This document shows positions 18,491 through 28,301 of a stretch of DNA of 64,000 nucleotides, piece by piece; the stretch's first letter is position 1; every line of letters begins with the position of its first letter. The stretch is from Planctomycetota bacterium (lineage in GTDB: Bacteria; Planctomycetota; UBA1135; UBA2386): the NCBI GenBank assembly GCA_965228735.1, contig OZ245838.1, positions 2,880,001 through 2,944,000 on the forward strand, in the 5' to 3' direction. The notes beneath the pieces were generated by a model, which did not search any database, had not been told where the DNA came from, and saw nothing but the letters and a program-made list of their open reading frames with translations. The position numbers were made by a program, and so were the translations under genes.

Positions 18491-19300
18491 CTACGGCGCC
18501 GAATCCTCGGCCTCGCCACCGGCCGGACCACCCTCCGGACCATCAGCCGCGGCACGCCGTTCGCCCGGCGGCTGCGCGGGGCCGGGTGGCGCCTCGACCT
18601 CCTCGCCGTGGTAGCGCGCCCGCACGTTGGCCCGACCGATCTCGGCGAGGACGTCCGGACTCTTCTTCAGCCCGAGCTGGTTCGCCTTGTTCGCCACGCT
18701 CGCAACCGTCCGGCCGAGCTGCTGCGCGATCTCGAGGTTGTCGCGGTCGGGATAGAGCGCGCGCAGGGACCGGATCTCGGCCTCGGTCCACCGCGGCATG
18801 CGCGCCCGCCCGGCACCACCCTGCTTCTGGCGTTCGGTCGCCGCGAAGCGCTTGTCCTTGGCGAGGCACAGCTGCCGCGCCATCTCGGCGATGTCGCCCT
18901 GCGCCCGCTGCAGACAGACCTCGAGATGGGCGTCTGACCGCGAGCCGTAGAACTCCTTGAGGCGCTGGCGCTCGGCGGCACGCCACGGCCCGGTGCGCAG
19001 GTCCTGGCGCAGCTCCCTGGCGCGAGCCTCGACCTGGGCGATGGGCCGCCCGAGCATCGCGCTGAGGAGCCGCATCTCGACCGCCCCCCAGGCGTCCCGC
19101 AGCAGCCCGTCGTCAGCCGCGGCCCACGGTCCGCGCCGCGGAGCCACGCGCATGATCTCCATCGCCTTGCGGTAGACGCTCGCCGACGACCGCCGCAGCA
19201 GGGTGGCCGCATCGTCTACGCCACGCCGCGGCAGCAGGTGCCGGAGCCGTTCGAGCTCCTGCACCGACCAGTTGCCGCGTCGCAGCGATCGCCCGCTCAT
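18491..19300 (-). CDS. Protein with four tandem Myb/SANT-like helix-turn-helix repeats, putative DNA-binding regulator
   Basis: Repeats of ~45-48 aa starting GNWSVQELERL, GPWAAADDGLL, GPWRAAERQRL, PRWTEAEIRSL, each with an L-x-R..(V/I)...A..L core; ATG overlaps ptsI stop (ATGA). Confidence 0.75.
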   Translation of the reverse strand: MSGRSLRRGNWSVQELERLRHLLPRRGVDDAATLLRRSSASVYRKAMEIMRVAPRRGPWAAADDGLLRDAWGAVEMRLLSAMLGRPIAQVEARARELRQDLRTGPWRAAERQRLKEFYGSRSDAHLEVCLQRAQGDIAEMARQLCLAKDKRFAATERQKQGGAGRARMPRWTEAEIRSLRALYPDRDNLEIAQQLGRTVASVANKANQLGLKKSPDVLAEIGRANVRARYHGEEVEAPPGPAQPPGERRAAADGPEGGPAGGEAEDSAP

Positions 19301-21063
19301 GCCCCGAGATCCTCCGCTGCCTCGGACAGGAACCGCGCCCACCGCACCTGGATCTCTTCCTCGACGAGCTGCCGCACCGCGCGCGTCGACTGCATCGCCG
19401 CTGCCCGGGCCGCCAGCTCGCGACACTCGGTCTCGCTGAAGCTGCGGAGCATGAGCTTGACGCGCCGCAGGAACACCGGCGCCATGGACAGCTCCCGGAT
19501 CCCGAGTCCGACGAGGATCGGCGTGAACCAGTGATCGCCGGCGATCTCACCGCAGATCGACACCCGCTTGCCGCCCGTCGCCGCGATGTCGGCGATCTGC
19601 TTGAGCGTGCGCAGGATGCCCGGATGGAACGGGTCGTACATCTTCGCGACCCGCTGGTTGTCGCGGTCCACCGCGAGCAGGTACTGCACGAGGTCGTTGG
19701 TCCCGACCGACACGAAGTCGACGAGCGGCAGCACGTCGGGCAGGACCTGCACCATGACGGGCACTTCGACCATCACACCGAGCTCGATGTCGGCGTCGTG
19801 ATCGATGCCGTTCTCCTGCAGGTCCTCGATGAGTTGGTCGAGGACCTCGCGGCAACGCACGACCTCGCTGCGCGCGGTGACCATCGGCAGCAGGATACGC
19901 GCGTGACCGAGCGCGCCGGCGCGCAGGATCGCGCGCATCTGGGTGTAGAGGATGTCCGGCCAATCGAGGCACAGCCGGATCCCGCGCCAGCCGAGGACCG
20001 GGTTGCGCTCCTCGGGCATGCGGAAGTAGCCGAGCGGCTTGTCGCCGCCGACGTCGAGCGTCCGGAACGTCACAGGCTTGCCCCCGGCGCTCTCCATGGC
20101 CTGGCGATACATCGCGACCTGCTCGTCCTCGGTCGGGAACTGCCGGCGCTCCATGAACGCGAACTCGGTCCGGAACAGCCCGACGCCCGCGACCTCGTCG
20201 GTCTCGAGCCCGCTGAGGTCGTGCACGCTCTCGGCGTTGGCCAGCAGGTCGATCTGCGTGCCGTCGAGCGTGACGGACGGCTGCAGCCGGATCTCGGCCA
20301 GGCGCTTCTCGACCGCGCGCTGCTCGTTCTGCAGTCGTTCGTAGTGCTGCAGCTCTTCCTCGCCCGGATCGAGGATGACGATGCCGGCATCGCCGTCGAC
20401 GATGACCTCGGTGCCGGTCGCTGACTCGAGCATGAGGCCCTCGATGCCGACCACGGCCGGGATCCCGAGGGAACGACTGAGGATCGAACCGTGCGAGTAC
20501 TTGCCGCCGTGCGCGGTGATGATGCCCTGCAGGTGGGTGCGGTCGAGGATGCCCGCGTCGCTCGGCAGGAACTCGTCGGCCGCGAAGACGAAGTCTCGGC
20601 CGTCGGCGATGTACTTCCGGCGCTCGCGCGTCATGCACGCGGCCACGAGCTGGCGACCGATGTCACGCAGGTCGGCCGCGCGTTCGCGCATCGCCGGGTT
20701 GTCCATCTTCTCGAAGACCTCCTCGTAGCGCGCGATCACGCGCTGGAAGGCGGCCTCGAGGTTGACGCCGTTCTCGATCTCGGCTTCGACGTCCTGCCGG
20801 AAGGTCGGGTCGTGCACGATCGCGAGCTGCGCATCGAAGATCCCGGCGTCGTGGTTCTCGATCGCGGTCGCGAGTTCTTTGCGGAGCCCGAGGAGCCCCT
20901 CCGTAACGGACGAGATCGCGGCGGTCAGGCGCTGCTTCTCGGCCTCGAACCGCTCGGGACCGACCTTGTACGTCGGGATCTGATCGAGCGTCGAGTGGAA
21001 CTGCACGATCGGCGCGATCGCCACGCCCGGCGCGGCGGCGATTCCTTTGAGCTTCCGGACCAT
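19297..21063 (-). CDS. ptsI: Phosphoenolpyruvate-protein phosphotransferase (PTS enzyme I)
   Basis: GGKYSHGSILSRSLGIP (phospho-His), GVGLFRTEF, RTLDVGGDK, NPVLGWRGIR, MVEVP, SVGTNDLVQY, CGEIAG; no GAF domain. Confidence 0.95.
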   Translation of the reverse strand: MVRKLKGIAAAPGVAIAPIVQFHSTLDQIPTYKVGPERFEAEKQRLTAAISSVTEGLLGLRKELATAIENHDAGIFDAQLAIVHDPTFRQDVEAEIENGVNLEAAFQRVIARYEEVFEKMDNPAMRERAADLRDIGRQLVAACMTRERRKYIADGRDFVFAADEFLPSDAGILDRTHLQGIITAHGGKYSHGSILSRSLGIPAVVGIEGLMLESATGTEVIVDGDAGIVILDPGEEELQHYERLQNEQRAVEKRLAEIRLQPSVTLDGTQIDLLANAESVHDLSGLETDEVAGVGLFRTEFAFMERRQFPTEDEQVAMYRQAMESAGGKPVTFRTLDVGGDKPLGYFRMPEERNPVLGWRGIRLCLDWPDILYTQMRAILRAGALGHARILLPMVTARSEVVRCREVLDQLIEDLQENGIDHDADIELGVMVEVPVMVQVLPDVLPLVDFVSVGTNDLVQYLLAVDRDNQRVAKMYDPFHPGILRTLKQIADIAATGGKRVSICGEIAGDHWFTPILVGLGIRELSMAPVFLRRVKLMLRSFSETECRELAARAAAMQSTRAVRQLVEEEIQVRWARFLSEAAEDLGA

Positions 21064-21165
21064 CCGATGGCATGAGGTTTTCGGGGACCGTGCAGCACTT
21101 TGCAACAGACGGCTTCATCCGCGGAACCACGGATGCCGATTCTGGGCTGTGCACCGGAGGCATCG

Positions 21166-22662
21166 ATGAACAGAGCGGACGGAAACAAGGGGCTGCCGGG
21201 TTTCTTGGATGAACAGGACTCGGCGAATTCCCTGTCGGGGAATGACCCGCAGCGGACGGACGACGCGGCGCCGGACGTCGAGGACGACGAAGACGTCGAA
21301 ACGCTCACGGACGACGACGCATTCGGGGAAGCCGAATGCGATGACGGCGACGTGACGGCGAACGGCGACGACGATTGCGGCGATAGCGACGATGACGAGT
21401 TCTACGACCACGCCGAGGGCGACGACGAGAACGCGACGTTCGGCGAAGGCGACTTCGATTCGGACGAGTTCGACGACGAGGACCACGACGACGATGACGA
21501 CGACGACGACGACGTCGCGCCCGAGCCACGTCGGAGTCGCTCCTCGCGAACCCGCACTCGCCGCAGCCGGCGCACGGCGGCGCCTCAGACCAGTGGCGGC
21601 GGACTCGCGACGGGGTTCGGCATCGTTCTGCTGATCGGCGGCATCGGCCTCGGCTTCGCGGCCGCGGCGCAGCAGAACGTCGCGCAGTTCGGCCTCACGC
21701 CGACGACGCTCATCGTGCTCGGTGGCGTAGCGCTCGGCGTCGGCTCGGTCCGGCGCGGCCTCGGCAAGCTGCACCAGGGCATGTTGGACAGCCAGGAGCA
21801 GAGCGCGAGCGAGCTCGAGGCTCAGGTCAGCGAGGTCGTCGAGCAGCTCGAACAGCGCGCGACCCCGGACCTGCCGCAGGAAGGCCTGACCGGCGACGTG
21901 CAGCACGTCCTCCTCGCCCTGCAGAAGCAGGACGAGAAGACGAACAACCTCACGAAGGCGATCAAGATGTACGGCAAGCCGCTCATGGACATTGCCAACC
22001 ACGGGACGGAGCTCGCGGCCGCGCTCGCCCAGCTCAAGACCGAGGTGGAGACGCACGGCGAGAACGCCAAGAAGGCGTGGACGCACATCGACAAGCAGGT
22101 GCGCGCGTCGGGCGGCGAAGCCGCGCTCGAGAAGCTCGGCAAGTTCGAGGTTGCGATCCAGGCGCTGTCGCAGCGCCTCGAGGAGAGCGCGAAGACGCTG
22201 ATCCGCGTCGAGGAAGCGGCCGGCAAGTCCAACGAGCAGCTGCAGCAGCTCTCGCGCGGCGAATCCGTCGAAGCCGCAGCGAAGTCGCTCGCCGACCAGC
22301 TCGACCAGGCGACGAACAACCTGCAGGGCAGCATGAGCGACCTGCGCGACGGCAACCTCGGCGAGCTCGACACGACCGTGCGCGGTATCCAACGCGACGT
22401 CGCGACGGTCGCGACCGCCGTCTCGCAGATCCAGGCCGCGATCAAGAGCGGCGCGACGGCGCGCCCGGCGCCGACGTCCGCACCGGCGGCCGCGGCCAAC
22501 GGCGGAGCGTCCGCGCCGGCGCCGAGCGCTCCCGCCCCGGCCGCGGTCGGCGGCGGCGGCGGCGACGGCGAGGAGTCCGCCGGCTACTCCACGGGCAAGC
22601 GCCGCAGCGGCGGCAAGAACGTGCTCGGCGCGATCGCCAAGCTCAAGCAGATGAAGGGCTGA
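21166..22662 (+). CDS. Hypothetical membrane protein: acidic N-terminus, 2 TM helices, long coiled coil, Pro/Ala linker, basic C-terminal helix
   Basis: GGAGG RBS before ATG 21166; high GC3 codon pattern; two hydrophobic segments; heptad-rich region; ends KNVLGAIAKLKQMKG. Confidence 0.8.
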   Translation: MNRADGNKGLPGFLDEQDSANSLSGNDPQRTDDAAPDVEDDEDVETLTDDDAFGEAECDDGDVTANGDDDCGDSDDDEFYDHAEGDDENATFGEGDFDSDEFDDEDHDDDDDDDDDVAPEPRRSRSSRTRTRRSRRTAAPQTSGGGLATGFGIVLLIGGIGLGFAAAAQQNVAQFGLTPTTLIVLGGVALGVGSVRRGLGKLHQGMLDSQEQSASELEAQVSEVVEQLEQRATPDLPQEGLTGDVQHVLLALQKQDEKTNNLTKAIKMYGKPLMDIANHGTELAAALAQLKTEVETHGENAKKAWTHIDKQVRASGGEAALEKLGKFEVAIQALSQRLEESAKTLIRVEEAAGKSNEQLQQLSRGESVEAAAKSLADQLDQATNNLQGSMSDLRDGNLGELDTTVRGIQRDVATVATAVSQIQAAIKSGATARPAPTSAPAAAANGGASAPAPSAPAPAAVGGGGGDGEESAGYSTGKRRSGGKNVLGAIAKLKQMKG

Positions 22663-22700
22663 GCCGGCCGGCCGCGGCCGGTTGCGTTACGCTGCCGGCC

Positions 22701-22934
22701 GTGACCGAACGCGACTCCACAGCGGCCCCCACCCCGCCCGACTCGGCCGTTTGCCCCTCGTGCGCGCGCCCCAACGGCTGCGCGATGGCCCGCGACCCCG
22801 CCGCGGACGGCGCCGACTGCTGGTGCAAGTCGGTCACGTTCGCAGAAACGACCCTCGCCCGCATCCCCGATGCCGCGAAGGACCGCGCCTGCATCTGTCA
22901 GCAGTGCGCAACCGGCCGGCAGCAACGCAACTGA
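22701..22934 (+). CDS. Cysteine-rich CWC family protein
   Basis: CPSCARPNGC...CWC...ACICQQC; GTG start 22701. Confidence 0.85.
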   Translation: MTERDSTAAPTPPDSAVCPSCARPNGCAMARDPAADGADCWCKSVTFAETTLARIPDAAKDRACICQQCATGRQQRN

Positions 22935-22935
22935 C

Positions 22936-23047
22936 ACCCGTACGGAACCAGGTTCATGCTGCCGGCCCCGGAGGCGCCACCCGCGCGGCGAACGGCCTGC
23001 CGCCGGCAGCATGAACCTGGTTCCGTACGGGTTGGTTCCGTACGGGT
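22936..23047. repeat. Perfect 31-bp inverted repeat (97-bp REP/MITE-like element) plus extra 15-bp terminal copy
   Basis: acccgtacggaaccaggttcatgctgccggc (22936-22966) and its exact reverse complement (23002-23032); tggttccgtacgggt repeated at 23033-23047; lies between convergent genes. Confidence 0.85.
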
Positions 23048-23051
23048 TACG

Positions 23052-23549
23052 TCACTCGATTTCCACGAGCAGGGCGCCGGCCGTGACGGCGTCGCCCGTC
23101 TTGCACAGCACGCGCACGACCTTGCCGGCGGACTCGGCGCAGAGCGGGTTCTGCATCTTCATGGCCTCGAGCACGACGAGTGCTTGCCCGGGCTCGACCT
23201 CGGCCCCGGCCTCGACCTTGACGTCGACGACGATGCCGGGCATCGCGGCGCGGAGCTCCTGCTTGCCCGAGGTCTTGTTGCCGGCCACGGCCATGGCCGC
23301 GCGCTCGCGCCCGTCCTCGACCTCGACGACGAAGCGTTCGCCGACGACCGCGAGATCGACCTTGCGACCGTCGATGGCCGCGGCGACGTCGTAGCTCCGA
23401 CCGTCGACGAGCAGCGAGAACAGCGAGTCGTCGACCCGGGACAGATCGAGCTCGTAGGTCCGGTCGCCGGAACGCGCGACGAGCCCGTTCGCAGTCTGCT
23501 CGAACTCGAACTCGCGCTCCTCGTCACCGACCTTGGCGTAGTACTTCAT
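23052..23549 (-). CDS. Biotin carboxyl carrier protein of acyl-CoA carboxylase
   Basis: AMPGIVV..VEPGQALVVLEAMKMQN biotinylation motif. Confidence 0.93.
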   Translation of the reverse strand: MKYYAKVGDEEREFEFEQTANGLVARSGDRTYELDLSRVDDSLFSLLVDGRSYDVAAAIDGRKVDLAVVGERFVVEVEDGRERAAMAVAGNKTSGKQELRAAMPGIVVDVKVEAGAEVEPGQALVVLEAMKMQNPLCAESAGKVVRVLCKTGDAVTAGALLVEIE

Positions 23550-25048
23550 CGCATCGACCTCCCGAGCTGCGCGGCGCGGCCCATCATCGCCCAGCGGGAC
23601 GCCGCCGGACCGCCCCCACCGCCGTCCGACGCCGCAGCTCGCGCCGCCGCGCGCTCGCGCTGCAGGTACCGCGTCGCGGCCGCCGCGAGCATCGCGAGTT
23701 CACGGCGGTCCGCGGTCGTCGCGCGGTCCATGCGTGCGAGGATGCCGGTGTCGTAATCGCCCTCGACGAACTCCGCGTTGCGCAGCGTCGCGAGCGCGAC
23801 CGGCATCGACGTCGCGACGCCGACGAGAACGAACTCCTTGAGCGCACGCTGGCAGCGCGCGATCGCCTCCGCCCGATCGGCGCCGTGCACGACGAGCTTG
23901 GCGAGCATGCTGTCGTAGTGCGGCGTGACCTCGAGCCCCGCGTAGATCGCGCTGTCGAGCCGCACACCCGGACCGCCGGGCGCGCCGACGCGCTTCACCG
24001 TGCCGAGCACCGGGAAGTAGGTCACCGGGTCCTCCGCGTTGACGCGGACCTCGATCGAGTGCCCGTGCGGCGTCGCCGGCTGGGTGACCTTCTCGCCCGC
24101 CGCAACGCGGATCTGCTCGCGCACGAGGTCGACCCCGTAGCGCATCTCGGTCACGGGGTGCTCGACCTGCAGCCGCGTGTTCATCTCGAGGAAGTAGAAC
24201 TCGCCCTCGCTGTAGAGGAACTCGACCGTGCCCGCGCCGACGTAGTCGACCGCGCGCGCGAGATCGCAGGCCGACTGCCCCATCCGCTCCCGCAGCTCCG
24301 GCGTGAGGGCCACGCACGGGGACTCCTCGACGAGCTTCTGGTGCCGGCGCTGCACCGAGCACTCGCGCTCGCCGTAGTGCACGACGCCGCCGTGCTGGTC
24401 CGCCATGAGCTGGATCTCGACGTGGCGCGGCCGCGTGACGAACTTCTCGAGGTAGACGCGATCGTCGCCGAACGAGCTCTTCGCCTCGGCGCGCGCGAGC
24501 TCGAACGCCGGGATCAGCCCGGCCTCGTTCTCGACGATGCGGATGCCCTTGCCGCCGCCGCCGGCCGCAGCCTTGAGCATCACGGGGTAGCCGATCTTCC
24601 CGGCCGCGGCCGCGAGCCGGTCGGCCGTCATGTTCTCCTGCAGCCCGGGCACGAGCGGCACGCCCGCCTGCTCGGCGATCTTGCGCGCCTCGACCTTGTC
24701 GCCCATCGACGTGATCGCGGCGGGCGGCGGGCCGAGGAACGCGATCCCGCGCTCCTTGCACGCCTTCGCGAACGCGGCGTTCTCGCTCAGGAACCCGTAG
24801 CCCGGGTGCAGCGCGTCGCACTCGAGCCGCGTGGCCGCGCCGAGCACCTTGTCGAAGTCGAGATAGCTGTCCTTGGCGGATTCGCCGCCGAGCGCCACTG
24901 CGTGATCCGCGCGGCGCACGTGCAGCGCGTTGCGGTCCGGCTCGGAGAAGATCGCGACCGTCTCGATGCCCATTTCCTGGGCCGTTCGAATGACGCGCAG
25001 CGCGATCTCACCGCGGTTGGCCACCAGGAGTCTGCGGAAGTAGGGCAT
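23546..25048 (-). CDS. accC: Biotin carboxylase subunit of acetyl/propionyl-CoA carboxylase
   Basis: LVANRGEIA, HPGYGFLSEN, KAAAGGGGKG, RECSVQRRHQK, FLEMNTRLQVEHPVTE, YDSMLAKL. Confidence 0.93.
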   Translation of the reverse strand: MPYFRRLLVANRGEIALRVIRTAQEMGIETVAIFSEPDRNALHVRRADHAVALGGESAKDSYLDFDKVLGAATRLECDALHPGYGFLSENAAFAKACKERGIAFLGPPPAAITSMGDKVEARKIAEQAGVPLVPGLQENMTADRLAAAAGKIGYPVMLKAAAGGGGKGIRIVENEAGLIPAFELARAEAKSSFGDDRVYLEKFVTRPRHVEIQLMADQHGGVVHYGERECSVQRRHQKLVEESPCVALTPELRERMGQSACDLARAVDYVGAGTVEFLYSEGEFYFLEMNTRLQVEHPVTEMRYGVDLVREQIRVAAGEKVTQPATPHGHSIEVRVNAEDPVTYFPVLGTVKRVGAPGGPGVRLDSAIYAGLEVTPHYDSMLAKLVVHGADRAEAIARCQRALKEFVLVGVATSMPVALATLRNAEFVEGDYDTGILARMDRATTADRRELAMLAAAATRYLQRERAAARAAASDGGGGGPAASRWAMMGRAAQLGRSMR

Positions 25049-25113
25049 CGGGGCCCCGAAACGTAGCGCCCCGCCATGCGAAATCGAGCGCGCTGGCCGG
25101 TAGAACGGAAGGC

Positions 25114-26187
25114 ATGACACGACTGCGCGTTCTCGTCGTCGGCTGCGGCAACATGGGCACGTCCCACGCCCGGGCCTATCACGCCCTGAGCGACGATTTC
25201 GAGATCGTCGGGCTCGTCAGCCGCGGCCCGGAATCACGCGAGCGGCTGAGCCGGGAGCTCGGCGGTCGCGCCACGTTCGCCGACTTCGAAACGGCCTACG
25301 CCGAGACCAGGCCCGACGTCGTCTCGATCAACACCTACCCGGACACCCACGCCGCGATCGCGCGCACGGCGCTGGCGGGCGGCTCGCACCTGTTCGTCGA
25401 GAAGCCGCTCGCCGAGAGCGTCGCGGAGGCGCAGGAGATCGTCGACCTCGCGCGCGAGCACGGGCGCAAGGTCGTCGTCGGCTACATCCTGCGGGTCCAC
25501 CCCGCGTGGCAGAAGTTCATCGAGGTCGCGCAGGGCCTCGGCAAGCCGCTCGTCATGCGGATGAACCTCAACCAGCAGAGCCGCGGCAAGGACTGGGCGA
25601 CGCATCGCGCGCTCATGGACTCGATGTCGCCGATCGTCGACTGCGGCGTGCACTACGTCGACGTGATGTGCCAGATGACGCGCAGCAAGCCGGTGCGGGT
25701 GAGCGCGATCCAGGCGCGGCTGTCCGACGAGCTCAAACCCGGGATGTACAACTACGGCCAGCTGCAGGTCACGTTCGAGGACGGCTCGGTCGGCTGGTAC
25801 GAGGCCGGCTGGGGCCCGATGATGAGCGAGGTCGCGTATTTCGTGAAGGACGTCGTGGGACCGAAGGGCTGCGCGTCGATCGTCGATCGCGACGGCGAAC
25901 GCAAGGACGGCAGCGCCGACGTCGATTCGCATACCGCGACCAACAGCATCCGCGTGCACTGGCAGGATCGCGACAGCAACGACGAGTTCACGAAGCCCGA
26001 CGAGTGGATCGACACGACGGACGAACCCGACCACGACGGGCTGTGCCTGCGCGAGCAGCAGTACCTGCTCGACGCGATCCAGCAGGACGTCGACCTCACC
26101 GACCATCTCGCGGACGCGGTCAACAGCCTGCGCATCGTGCTCGCCGCGGATCAGTCGGCGCGTGAAGGGCGGACGGTGGAGTTGTGA
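25114..26187 (+). CDS. Gfo/Idh/MocA family oxidoreductase
   Basis: VVGCGNMG, HLFVEKPLA, DCGVHYVD. Confidence 0.92.
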   Translation: MTRLRVLVVGCGNMGTSHARAYHALSDDFEIVGLVSRGPESRERLSRELGGRATFADFETAYAETRPDVVSINTYPDTHAAIARTALAGGSHLFVEKPLAESVAEAQEIVDLAREHGRKVVVGYILRVHPAWQKFIEVAQGLGKPLVMRMNLNQQSRGKDWATHRALMDSMSPIVDCGVHYVDVMCQMTRSKPVRVSAIQARLSDELKPGMYNYGQLQVTFEDGSVGWYEAGWGPMMSEVAYFVKDVVGPKGCASIVDRDGERKDGSADVDSHTATNSIRVHWQDRDSNDEFTKPDEWIDTTDEPDHDGLCLREQQYLLDAIQQDVDLTDHLADAVNSLRIVLAADQSAREGRTVEL

Positions 26188-26723
26188 AGCCCACGCTGCT
26201 CCTGGTCTCCGCCACGCTCGTCGCCGCGTGCGCCGCGACCGGCGATCGCGCGATCGAGTCCCCGGCGCTCGCCATCCCGAGCTACCCCGCCGACGATCCG
26301 CGCCCCCAGACCGGCGGATTCGTCCGGGAAGTGCGACTCGCCGAGACGACCGTGGGTGAGACCAGGTTCATCCTCATGGCATTCCGGGTCGGCGACACGC
26401 TCACGCTCGGCGCGATGACGGAGGGGCCGTTCGAGGGCTCCGCCAACTTCCGCCTCGGCAAGCGCGGACTGGAGTTCGACTTCGCCGCCGACCACGGCGA
26501 GATCGCCGTGACGACGACCAACCCGCCGGCCGGCGCCGAACGACCGCGCGGGCAGCAGGCCGGGTTCCGCGACTATCGCTGGATCAACGTCGAGCTCGAG
26601 AGCGACCTCTGGCTCCCGGACGGGGCGGCGCTGCTCGGCCTGCGCTTCCGGGACCGGCTCGGCCAGGTGACGACGCTGCCCGTGGCGGGCGGGGCATTCG
26701 CGGCCCGGCTCGAAGCCCGCTGA
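26184..26723 (+). CDS. Hypothetical lipoprotein
   Basis: MKPTLLLVSATLVAAC lipobox; GTGA overlap with upstream gene. Confidence 0.7.
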   Translation: MKPTLLLVSATLVAACAATGDRAIESPALAIPSYPADDPRPQTGGFVREVRLAETTVGETRFILMAFRVGDTLTLGAMTEGPFEGSANFRLGKRGLEFDFAADHGEIAVTTTNPPAGAERPRGQQAGFRDYRWINVELESDLWLPDGAALLGLRFRDRLGQVTTLPVAGGAFAARLEAR

Positions 26724-26750
26724 CAGGCGCCCCGAGCCTGGGCACCGGCG

Positions 26751-28301
26751 CTACAGCGGGATGTTCCCGTGCTTCTTCGACGGGTTGGTGTCCCGCTTGC
26801 TGCGGCACAGGTCGAGCGCCTGGATCAGCGCCGGGCGCGTGCGGCGCGGTTCGATCACGTCGTCGACGAAGCCGTGGGCCGCGGCCTGGTAAGGGTTGGC
26901 GAAGCGCTCGCGGTACCCCGCGACGAGCTTCTCCTCCTCGGCCTTGGGATCGGACGCCGACTTGATCTGCTGGCGGAACACGATCTTCGCCGCGCCCTCG
27001 GCACCCATGACCGCGATCTCGGCAGTCGGCCACGCGAGGTTGACGTCACCGCGGATGTGCTTGCTGCTCATGACGTCGTAGGCGCCGCCGTAGGCCTTAC
27101 GCGTGATGACCGTGAGCTTCGGCACCGTGGCCTCGCAGTAGGCGTAGAGCAGTTTCGCGCCGTGCGTGATGATGCCGCCCCATTCCTGTTCCTTCCCCGG
27201 CAGGAACCCCGGCACGTCCTCGAACGTGATCAGCGGGATGTTGAACGAGTCGCAGAAGCGGATGAACCGGGCGCCCTTGATGCTCGCCTTGATGTCGAGC
27301 ACGCCGGCCAGGTGGTTGGGCTGGTTGCCGACGATGCCGACGACGCGGCCACCGAGCCGGGCGAAGCCGACGACGATGTTGCGCGCGAAGCGCCCGTGGA
27401 TCTCGAAGAAGTCGCCGTCGTCGACGACGTGCTTGACGACCTGCCGCATGTCGTACGGCTGATCGCTCGACGGCGGAATGATCGAATCGAGCGCCTCCTC
27501 CATGCGGTTGGGATCATCGCTGCTCTCGCGGAACGGCGGGTCGTCCGCGTTGTTCAGCGGCAGGAACGAGAGCAGCTCGCGGATCTGCATCAGACACGCC
27601 GCGTCGTCCGGCGCGGTCAGGTGCGCGACGCCGGAGGTCTCCGCGTGCACCGCGGCCCCGCCGAGTTCCTCGCTCGTCGTCTCCTCGTGCATCACGGTCT
27701 TGACCACGTCGGGCCCCGTGATGTGCATGAAGCTCGTGCCCTCGACCATGCAGACGAAGTCCGTGATCGACGGGCTGTAGACCGCGCCGCCCGCGCACGG
27801 CCCCATGATCGCGCTGATCTGCGGGATCACGCCGCTCGCGAGCGTGTTGCGCAGGAAGATGTCGGCGTAGCCACCGAGCGACACGACGCCCTCCTGGATG
27901 CGCGCGCCGCCCGAGTCGTTGAGCCCGATCACCGGCACGCCCATCTTCATGGCCGCGTCCATGATCTTGAGGATCTTCTGGGCGTGCGTCTCCGACAGGC
28001 TGCCGCCGAAGACGGTGAAGTCCTGCGAGAACAAGAACACCGGCCGACCGTCGATCTTGGCGCTGCCCGTCACGACACCGTCGCCGAGGATCTGGTTCTG
28101 CTCGCTGTCCATGCCGAAGTCGCGGCAGCGGTGCGTCACGAACCGGTCGATCTCGGCGAACGTGCCGGGGTCGACGAGCAGGTCGATGCGTTCGCGCGCC
28201 GTGAGCTTGCCCTTCTCGTGCTGCGCCGCGACGCGCTTCTCGCCGCCGCCTTGCATCGACTTCTCGCGCAGCTCGAGCAACCGCTTCATCGGATCGGTCA
28301 T
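26751..28301 (-). CDS. pccB: Propionyl/acyl-CoA carboxylase carboxyltransferase subunit
   Basis: [62 protein letters not shown]. Confidence 0.95.
   Translation of the reverse strand: MTDPMKRLLELREKSMQGGGEKRVAAQHEKGKLTARERIDLLVDPGTFAEIDRFVTHRCRDFGMDSEQNQILGDGVVTGSAKIDGRPVFLFSQDFTVFGGSLSETHAQKILKIMDAAMKMGVPVIGLNDSGGARIQEGVVSLGGYADIFLRNTLASGVIPQISAIMGPCAGGAVYSPSITDFVCMVEGTSFMHITGPDVVKTVMHEETTSEELGGAAVHAETSGVAHLTAPDDAACLMQIRELLSFLPLNNADDPPFRESSDDPNRMEEALDSIIPPSSDQPYDMRQVVKHVVDDGDFFEIHGRFARNIVVGFARLGGRVVGIVGNQPNHLAGVLDIKASIKGARFIRFCDSFNIPLITFEDVPGFLPGKEQEWGGIITHGAKLLYAYCEATVPKLTVITRKAYGGAYDVMSSKHIRGDVNLAWPTAEIAVMGAEGAAKIVFRQQIKSASDPKAEEEKLVAGYRERFANPYQAAAHGFVDDVIEPRRTRPALIQALDLCRSKRDTNPSKKHGNIPL

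Noticed and set aside
21166..22662. Methyl-accepting chemotaxis protein
   Set aside because: No MCP hairpin signature (NLLALNAAIEAARAG) and the TM arrangement differs
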